NCBI GenBank assembly: GCA_020137815.1
Contig: CM035352.1
Span: forward strand, 4,030,001-4,094,000
Length of the DNA: 64,000 nt
Direction of reading: 5' to 3'
DNA from: Hormiphora californensis
Taxonomy: Eukaryota; Animalia; Ctenophora
In this document: in pieces, positions 54,690 to 64,000 of the stretch
Numbering within the stretch: the stretch's first letter is position 1
Layout of the letters: every line of letters starts with the position of its first letter
Made by a program: the position numbers and the translations under genes
The notes under the pieces: model-generated
Databases searched by the model: none
Seen by the model: the letters and a program-made list of their open reading frames with translations, nothing else
Told to the model about the DNA's origin: nothing

Positions 54690-57600
54690 TTATACCCCCC
54701 TCAGTGGAAGGGATCTTCCCCCCTGACACCTTCGTAAATGTTAAACAGTTCCACTTTGTTGATGTTGATGTTGATGCGGATTGGTGACTCCTTGCAGAGG
54801 AACAGAAAGCTGTTTCCCCCCAGTAGTTGTCTACCCAATATATTTCCCATGGGTAGGATTGGTGGCATCCTGCAGAGCGTGGATTGCTATCCAGTAAACT
54901 GGAAGCAGAATTGGTCGTATTTCTTTCCCAAGTGGTGACGGAACCTACTAGAGGCCGAAATCTGCTGGACATCGTTCTCACTAATAGGATCGATTATGTG
55001 CTTGACACGGATGTCTCAGCAACTCAGATGTCTGATCATGCGTTGGTGTCGTGTATTCTCGGAATAGGACTCAATCGGTCTAATGCTTACGACCGGGTAC
55101 GGCCTGGAAGGAGTTTCAAGGCCTTGGACTATCACAATGCGGACTTTGATGCTGCCAATGAGGAGCTAAGCCACATTGACTGGGATAATCTTCTCTCAAC
55201 CTGCGATCCAGATGACGACGGGTATGCCTACGTAAATTGTCTCATAGAAACTGTCTTGAAGGTTTTCGAAAAACATAGCAAACGGAAGGTTTTCGGTAGC
55301 TCTAAAAAGAAAGATCCTTACTTACGAAGGCTGAAAAGGAGACAGAAAAAGCTTAACCAGAGGATAAAACTAGCAAAGCAAAATCTCTCACGCCAATCCT
55401 ACATTGAGAAACTCGAGCGGAAGGTGGAAAACACAGCTGCTAAGATCAAATCACATCTTACTGGACTCCTGGAAGGCAAGGAGAGGAAAGCAATCAGAAC
55501 TATCAAGTCTAATCCCCGGTTCTTCTGGTCCTTTGTAAACAAGCACCGGAAAACTAAGTCCAATGTGGCACCTCTCTTGAGAGCGGATGGTACTGTAACT
55601 GATGACCCCCTTGAGAAATCCAACATTCTTCAGTCCCAATATGTGGGAGTCTTCAGTGACCCAACCAGGTGTATAGCTGAGGAGGCTACCAAGGATATTC
55701 CTTCTACGACCTTCACCTTGGACAATCTTGAATTCACTCCTAAATGCATTGAAGGAGCTCTGACTGAGTTGGACCCCTACGCTGGTGCACCCCCTGGTGA
55801 TATACCTGCGGCGATCCTATCAAAGTGCCGGAAACAGTTGGCATATCCGATATGGTTACTTTGGAACCGCTCTTTTAATGAAGGAGTTGTCCCGGCTATT
55901 CTAAAGAGTCAGCAAATAACACCGGTATTCAAAAAGGGCTCTAAAATGGAAGCTAAAAACTATCGACCGGTTGCTCTCACATCTCATTTGATTAAAACAT
56001 TCGAACGGGTTGTAAGAAATAAAGTTGTTGACCACCTCGAGAGAAACGAGATTTTCAACGATGGCCAACACGGTTTTCGAAGAAATCGAAGTTGTCTCAC
56101 CCAGTTACTTAACCATTATGACAACATACTACGTGAACTAAACAACGGCTCAGAGGTAGATGTTGTGTATCTGGATATGGAAAAGGCCTTTGACAAGGTT
56201 GATATCAAGGTGTTGATGACCAAGCTAGAAAAGTATGGCATCCGCGGACGGCTACACCGTTGGATAAGTGACTTCCTGACTAACAGAGTTCAGACAGTTG
56301 TTGTAGACGGGATTCAGTCACGCCCAGAACCGGTTATCAGTGGAGTTCCTCAAGGAACCGTGATTGGGCCGCTGCTATTTTTGGTGTATATGATTGATAT
56401 TGAATCACTCCTTAATGGCACCGCCTTAACCTTTGCGGATGACTCCAAGCTGTGGAAAGCTATTAAGACCCTCGCTGACAGGGATAACCTACAGCAGAGT
56501 CTAGATAAATTTGCACACTGGGCTGCAGAAAATAATATGTCCCTTCACCAGGACAAGTTTGAGTTATTACATTACACTCTTCGTTCCACACTACTCCTAA
56601 GAGAACTTCCCTTTTCCTATGAGAACTACATCTACAATGGCCCCGGTGGTGAGTCAATATCACCTAGCAATACGGTCAGGGATTTAGGAGTCCTCCTTTC
56701 TTCAGACTGTACATGGACTGAACACATCGGTAATATCACTGCCAAGGCCCGTCGCATGAGTGGATGGGCGCTCAGTGTATTTAGAGATAGGTCAGACGAG
56801 ACCATGCTAACGTTACTGAAATCAATCATTAGACCCCAGGTGGAGTACTGCTGTCCACTTTGGAGTCCTACTAAAAAGTCAGACATTGGATTAGTTGAGG
56901 AAACCCAGAGATACTTTACCCGTAGGATTAAAAGCTGTTCTGGTATGGGCTACTGGGACAGATTAAAGCATCTGAATTTGCTGTCTCTTCAACGAAGACG
57001 TGAGCGTTACATGATTATCCACGTCTGGAAGGTTCTCCATAAGGTTGCACCTAACAGTACTGGGCTATTGTTCAATGAGCACCCCCGTCTTGGTATTAGG
57101 GCAGCGATTCCCCGTTATAATTACCTCGCAGCCAAAACCATCTCTGGCCCATATGATGCATCTTTCGGTGTAAGAGGAGCCCAGATTTGGAACTCCTTGC
57201 CCCGTGCAGTGAGAGGATCTATCTCACTTCTCGAGCTGAAGCAGTCCCTTGGATCCTACTTATCCACTATCCCTGATCAGCCACCTGTTCGCGGTTATCG
57301 TGTGGAGCATAGTAACTCCCTTTTCGATTGGAGGAATGACCCAAGTGTTTTTAGAGAGATGAGCGATTCATGAAGTTATTTTGCTTTTAATCGTGACTTG
57401 ACTGCACATATAAATCGCTGACGTATTGTCTTCTGAGTGTTAGCTTTTGCTGAGCTGAAACTTTGTGTACCTAACTTAATCTATTTTATGAATGTTTATG
57501 AATGTTTATGAATTCCTCAACAAAACTTGATGGAGTCAGTGCCCCAAGTTTTGTTCTGCACAGAAATTGATTTAATATTTCCCCCTCCGGCCGAGGTAGT

Positions 57601-57965
57601 AAACTTCCCCCTTCGTAAATGTTTCGTTTCCCATCCACATTGATGATGATGAAGATGATGAACTCCATGTGGCGACCGCCGACCTCATGCCTTGAAACAC
57701 CCCCCCCCCCCCCCCAGACGCCTGAAACAGTCCCATCTTGTTGTTGTTGATGTTGATGATGATTGGTGACTCCTTGCAGAGGAACAGAAAGCTGTTTTCC
57801 CCCAGTAGTTGTCTACCCAATATATTTCCCATGGGTATGATTGGTGGCATCCTGCAGAGCGTGGGTTGCTATCCAGTAAACTGGAAGCAGAATTGGTCCT
57901 TTTTCAAGCATTCCTCAACAAAACTTGTTGGAGTCAGTGCCCCAAGTTTTGCTCTGCACAGACAC
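54690..57965. repeat. Local tandem duplication (~0.3-0.4 kb units) into which the LINE inserted
   Basis: 54756-54916 plus 57512-57563 match 57740-57961. Confidence 0.8.
54917..57511 (+). mobile_element. 5'-truncated CR1-group LINE with intact RT ORF
   Basis: Endonuclease tail EPTRGRNLLDIVLTN; NYRPVALTS, QHGFR, DMEKAFDKV, SGVPQGTVIGPLLF, FADD, VRDLGV; 3' tail (TTTATGAATG)x3. Confidence 0.92.
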
Positions 57966-60900
57966 CTGAAATATTTAATGTTACTTCGAGTTTCGACGAT
58001 CTACATATAATTTGCATATAAATTCAGGGATTTTTGTAGGTTTAAGGCTAATACTCGCCTCTAGAGGGCTGCAAACGAATTATCAGTCATAGTTTAGCCC
58101 TCTTCTGTAGTCGAGAACCAGGAGATGTACATCTAAATCCACCAAAAAAAGGAGAAAGGTAGCAGAAACCCAAGACAGTGGCAAAAAACGACAAACGTGT
58201 TGAAAAATTCATCTTGGCGTGATCACGGTTAAAATATTAACTTTATTCGCGCGCGCGGCAAATCATATTTTATGCGCGGCTTCAACATTGCGCGGTCGAT
58301 TTTTGGACGATGAGAACAATTCCAACAGCCGGCCAGTTTATAAAGTTTGGTACACTTTTACCTAATTGAAGAAGTAAAACAATCATTTCAAACATACTTA
58401 GAATTCGAATACGGTATTCATATACACTTTCAGTTCAGTTGTATCTCAAGTTGCACTTGGTAGATCATAATGGAGTTATTAATGGACAGCCACACAGACA
58501 ATACAGTATCATCTCACATAATACATTATTATAGGGAGGGTTTTTATATATGTGTGTGTATATGTGTTAGGTCAAATAAGCGTCTGTGGAGCTACACTTT
58601 ACGAGCGACATCCCTATTTTACCACTCAATAAAGTCTCTGCATTATCTAGGCCTGGTGTCCACCCGGGTGGTAGCCATGGTGACGGACCTGATGCCATGC
58701 TGGGAACAGGGGGCACCGAGGACACCCAGGGTGGAATTATATAATACGTTAAACAGTGAACTATTCATACTTATATATATATAAATATATCCGTATCAGC
58801 AGCCCGTGTTGTATATCATGATTCTCTCTCTTTTTCTCGCTATCACACACATAATGAATCTCTCGCACAAGTTCTCCCTCTCTCGCGTTAAGAATGGGTG
58901 TAGGTAAGTTAAAAAATGCAAAAATAGTAAACCTTGGGTAAAGATTAAACACTGTTTTAGGACCAGCCTATTATAGTAGACACTAAACATTCCCCTGGCC
59001 AAAATCCATGCCAAACCTGGCCCTCTCCCGCTCTCTCTCTTTCACACCATTCTATACCTACCACTACCGTTAAATGCCAATTACATTTCAGAGAAATGGG
59101 GGGTTCCTGGAAGACAAACTGCATTATAATATCATCACAATGTAAGATTGGATTGGATGGCTTGTATTTTAATGACTGAGAATGCTCAAACTGGCATAGC
59201 TTTAAAAGTTGTGCATATTTTGCCTTGAAATGTACGGAAAGGGTCTACCTGCCATAATTTTTCCTGGAATTTTAGCAAAATTAAATGTTCCTGTTTGGAT
59301 GAACCAGTAGCTTTTAAATCGCAGTGACCTTTTTCAGTCAACAGGTTCATTCAGGAACATCTAATTTTGCTGAAATTCTAGGAGAACAAGTGACAGATAA
59401 CTCCTTATTACACAGAAAAATATCCACAACTTTTCTCGCCATTCTGACCACTCATTTAAACACACAGTTTGATGTACTGGGTAGTTTCAGTACAGACAAA
59501 CCAACCATTTAAACAGCTGAAACCAAACATTATATAATGACCACTTCCAGGAACACTCGGATGCTTTGAAATGAACTTGAATATATAGGTTACACAGCCC
59601 CTAAAAAATGGGAGATATCTATAAAAACATATCATTAACTGAGAAAATTAATTGGTTATAATATTAGGCTCCCAAACTTCATCTAATTATTTCTCTCTCA
59701 CGCACTCTCTCTCTCTCTCAGTCTCCCTACAGTTAGTATCTCCGGCCTCTCTCTATTTGGAGGGTGGAAGTTATATATAAGAAGAAGAAGTCTAATTAAA
59801 AAGCACATACTCTCTCTCTCACACACACACACACGCATTTCTCACACGCACACAACTCGTGCACGACACACACGCACGCACAAACGGACACACGCACACA
59901 GTGACAGGGGGCACGCGACGACAAGATTCCGTCCTTTAAAAGATTCCTTTTATCACATTCAAACTGATACTTTCAGAAGAGGTTGCTCATCAACCTCTCT
60001 TTAGAGATACACTCCCTTCCTCCTTCCCGTTACATCCCCTAATACTGGTACAGTCCCTAGAGGATGGGGAGATGCAGTACCAGATATTAGAGGTTTAGTT
60101 AGGGGGAATTTAGGTAGAAAAAAGGGAGGTTATCTACATACATCAAAAACCGCGTGTTCTGTCACCGTGAAACTATATGGGGGGAGAGAGAGCTGTGAGT
60201 ACAACACACCACTCTCTCATAATAAAGGAAGATATATGTGCCAAACAGAGCAGAAAATAATATAATGGGTGTGTGTGAGTGAGTAATAAAATCAGTAAAT
60301 GAACGTTGCACACACACTATCTCTTTTCAAGAAGATTGGAGAGCGTGGGGAAAACGATACAATTCTGCTATTTTTCATCTTCTCTCTCTCTCTCTTTCTC
60401 TCTCTTCGCTGTAAGACAAAAAACAAAACCGAAAAAAAAATCAAGAAAGGGAAATTTATCTTTGGTATAGTAGTTTTTTCATCGTACATATTCATTTGGT
60501 TATATATCACATTTGTATAAGGGGTTCATCAAAATTATTATATGGGAGCTTACAAAAACACTAATATAACTTGCAAAGTCTGATACAATAACGTTTTTTA
60601 AGTCGGAAAAACATGGTGATAATATCATGGAAGATTTAGATCAGACTCAGCAACACTTTTCTCTTTCTCTCTCTCACTACAACATAAAATGCTCAATCCG
60701 CCTGGGTGACATATCTCGCACCAGGACTAGGATTCTCTATTTAGGTAACCGGCGCTACGAGGGTATACCATTCGTATCTGGGCCGGCAATGATGATCGGA
60801 CACAATTCTCTATCTCATCCTTCCTCTCTCTCTTTCATCTTTATATATAGGAATTAGGGTTCTCCTCCATACCCATTGATCTTAATATCATTCCTATCAT

Positions 60901-60977
60901 TCCTTTCTCTCTCCAGCTCCCTCTCTTTCTCTCTCTCTCTCGTTCTCACTCTTTCTCTTTCTCTCTCTCTCTCTCTA

Positions 60978-61047
<70 letters not shown>

Positions 61048-61490
61048 GTTCTCACTCTTTCTCTCTCTCTATTTCTCGATTTTTTCTCAGTGGTCCAATG
61101 ACAGACAGGGAGTTTATATGTGGTTTGGTAGTTTTGGGTCTCTCTCTCAGGTTGTCTGGCATTGGACCAATTATTATAATATGTCGCTTTCTCTTTCTCT
61201 ATCTCTCCTTCTCTTTCTCTCTCTCTCTCTCTCAACGTGTACCCGCGTTCACAAGCTGGCGATTTGGCCGTGTGTGAAGCTCCCACCATTTCAATCTTAC
61301 AGGAACGATTCACACACGTGCCCTGATCGCCTGGAGACGGAATCACTATCTCGGGGTGGGTCATTGTCTTTTTCTTTGTAGGACAGTCTTTTACTAGCAG
61401 CTCTCAGTGCTGGCACGTGTAGCTTGTGCTGCAGCACTGCACTCTGTCCTAGATGCGATATATATTTCTCTTGTTACACTTTTTCTCGTC

Positions 61491-63913
61491 TTATGGTGTA
61501 CGGTTAAAGTTCGGTGATTGGCTCGACCTGCCTTCTTGATTCATTGTGGCCTGCTGAAAGGGGGGGCGAGGGTTAGAAATTGTGGCTTGCTGAAAGAGGG
61601 GGTGAGGGCTAATTGACAGAACCATCACAGAGCGAGCGCGCTCTGTGAGGCTTTGGCAGGGCAAGGTTAAATTACTAATATTTTACTTACTAGTTACTAA
61701 TTATTACTAACAACTAATATTTTACTTACTCTATCCTTGTAGAGTTGGGCGAGATCGTTGTTTAACTTCTGTGTCGGGCTATCCTCGCTCGTAGAGTTAG
61801 TTCGGTTTTGGTATAACGAGCTCAACTCCTTTTGGAATAGGAATGGGTTTGCCGTGTTGGTTGACAGAGAGAAGGGAGGATTGGAATCACTGGTATTACC
61901 ACCACCACCACCACCGGCAGTGGTAGCAGCAGTTTTCCCCTCTTTGTTTGGACTCTCCTTCTTCATGTTTGAGCACACAGCACTACTCAGCCTGGCTGCC
62001 GTCTCAGCGTTATAGAGGGAGTTCAGTTCCTTGCTGTTGAAGACGAAGGGAGCCTGGGTGGCTGCCAAGGAGACATTCTCCAGAGAGAGGGTTGTGTTGG
62101 GTTGGAGGTTCTTTGCCAGGTTGTAATCCAACTTGAGGTTGTTTAGGGAGGCGGTAGTGACGATGGGAGACATGGCATTCTGCATCAACCCAGACATGAG
62201 GAAGGATTGGTTGATGGCGGGCATTGAGGAGTAGGGGTTGGTGTAGGGGTTGAGGGATCCAACTGAGTTGATAGATCCAATAGAGGGGAGGGTGGTGACT
62301 CTTAGTTTATCAGCTTGTCTCTTATTGTTAAACCAGCACTTCACGCTGTTCCTATCCACATCAATCTTCCTAGCTATCTCATCAATCTCTCCAGCAGAGG
62401 GCCTCGGCTGGTTCTCGAAATACTTTGTCAGCAGGATGGACTGCTCGGGGGAGAAGTTGGTCCTCTTCTTCCTCTTTCTGTCATGGTGATACTCCTCTTC
62501 ATCAAAATCTCCATTCCTCCGCAACCTATCTCTCTCGTCCTCCTTCTCCTTCAGTAGACCCAACAGAAGGGGTTTCATTCTCAGCACGATCGCCGTGCTC
62601 AGTTGCATACTTTCCATCCTGCTAATGTAACTCTGTCCGTATCGTGCCCCAGCCCTCATATTCAGCTCCTCACCAATATCTGACTGGGTTAGTTTGAGGG
62701 ATATTCTCCGGGCTTTGAACTCCTGGACGAACCGATGAGCCTCTTCGTCCTCTTCCGTTGTTGCCATCTTGACCCGGGGCGAGTAACCATGGTAACTGGT
62801 CTTGGTGGCGTTACTGGTCGTGTGGAAGGTCGGCAGGGTCTGGGTAGCTATCGAGTTTGTTATGGCCTTGCTAGGGGTATTTGTAGAACCAGCAGAACCA
62901 GGGCTGGTGCTATTGTTATTGTTATTGGCGATGAAGATTGCAGAGGAGCTGGGTGAAGTGGCCCGGTTTGTACCATTTACCCCATCAAATGGCTCAATGT
63001 AGAGGCCTCCCAGGGTGCTGACCAATAGGAAGGACTTGCTGAACACACCGGGCTCTGCGGGGGGAAAGTAATCGGTTAGAGATTTTGCGAGACAGACAAA
63101 AAACCAAGCTTGGACACGCAGGACTAAGTTGCCTTGCCCGATCCTCTCTCTGAGTTTTAACAAAATAAGGACCAAGTACAATAACCCCCACAATAACCAA
63201 ATGACAAATACACTAACCAAGTAGTAGGAACCAAGTAAAAAATAAAGTACCTTTAGAATTGTATTCTTTTGGGCTGTTTGTTGTTTCTGAACTATCTGGT
63301 ATGAGGGCCTCCATCGCCTGTTGATCCTGCGCACTTTTCAAAGTTTCATTTTCCTTCCTCATCATTAATATTTTTCGTTTGAGCACGTCCTTCTAGGTCA
63401 CATAATGGGTGTTAATGATCTAAAAATCTCTCGCAAATCTCCCTCTACATGCAGTCTACATAGCCCAGATATCAATATCCCCGGAGGGACACCACTGTGA
63501 AAAGTTGCTCTGAAATCAATCCTACATATAAAACATATGAAAACCTCATAGCGAGAAGTTTAACTAGGAAATCGGCCTCCCCCCAGGAAATCGTCTTATA
63601 TACTTGAAATCTATCCTACATAATATAATAATAATTCTTCATGGGGATAAGTTTAACTAAGAAATATTGAAATTAACCCCGGCCCCCAAATATATTTTCG
63701 ATGGCTATGGAACTATTGTCTAGCCGCACGGCGCTACAGGTCAAACAACAAACTCGGTAACACCGGCCAGACTTGAAACAACACCACCCTCTGATCCCCT
63801 ACCCATGAACAAACCTTTTGTGTCTTTTGTTTCAGCTTCCTATTCTCTTCCACCACTAGCTCATATTCCATCTGTAGCTTTTGGTGTTCATCGTCATCAG
63901 ACGAGGATGCTTT
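61491..63913 (-). CDS. Divergent POU-class homeobox transcription factor with N-terminal coiled coil (5' end beyond window)
   Basis: Exons 63913-63815, 63392-63251, 63054-61730, 61553-61491; POU-specific FKARRISLKLTQSDIG..QSYISRME; homeodomain RKRKKRTNFS..VKCWFNNKRQ. Confidence 0.85.
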
Positions 63914-64000
63914 CTAAAATGGAGAGGGGGATTTAGAGAGAAGATTCCGGTAACGAAATGGTGGTTGGAGTGAGGGCGCTCAGAATGAAAAAGAGGGGAG

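Noticed and set aside
54884-54916. Apparent start of the LINE ORF (MLSSKLEAELV)
   Set aside because: Derived from the flanking duplicated unit; the LINE is 5'-truncated at ~54917.
58000-61400. Short ORFs between the LINE and the POU gene
   Set aside because: No recognisable motifs or consistent splice phases; probably 3' UTR or intergenic.
63055-63334. Hydrophobic N-terminus of the 545-aa POU ORF suggesting a membrane-tethered transcription factor
   Set aside because: The hydrophobic stretch lies in the predicted intron 63250-63055 (GTACTT...CCGCAG).

Overview
Eukaryotic (animal) genomic DNA with spliceosomal introns, many (GA/TC)n microsatellites and many non-autonomous transposons. It is probably a ctenophore of the Pleurobrachia type. 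That is an inference from recalled repeat families and gene style, not a database result. 1-24.5 kb: a + strand SH3-PH-RhoGAP-like gene, reconstructed exon by exon, whose catalytic Arg finger appears replaced by His. Its introns hold a nested antisense small membrane protein gene, an internally deleted Mutator, a 3.4-kb mini Polinton/Maverick-like element with three TATA-preceded ORFs, a self-nested Harbinger MITE, a nested signal-anchored M16A peptidase gene, and a 43-bp minisatellite interrupted by a foldback/MULE-like element. 24.6-27.2 kb: more DNA elements. 28-34 kb: TMEM63/OSCA channel. 36-41.6 kb: tight + strand cluster MsrA-HSPA14-GMPPA. 43-54 kb: - strand RICTOR-VPS18-RSBN1-like. 54.9-57.5 kb: 5'-truncated CR1-group LINE. 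61.5-64 kb: divergent POU homeobox gene. Most interesting: (1) the mini-Maverick; (2) recurrent tandem amplification of exon-intron junctions that creates splice-site arrays in at least five genes; (3) unpaired splice acceptors directly before ATGs in tightly packed same-strand genes, suggesting SL trans-spliced operons; (4) one hAT MITE family always found just downstream of 5' splice sites. All exon coordinates were read by hand and may be off by a few bases.
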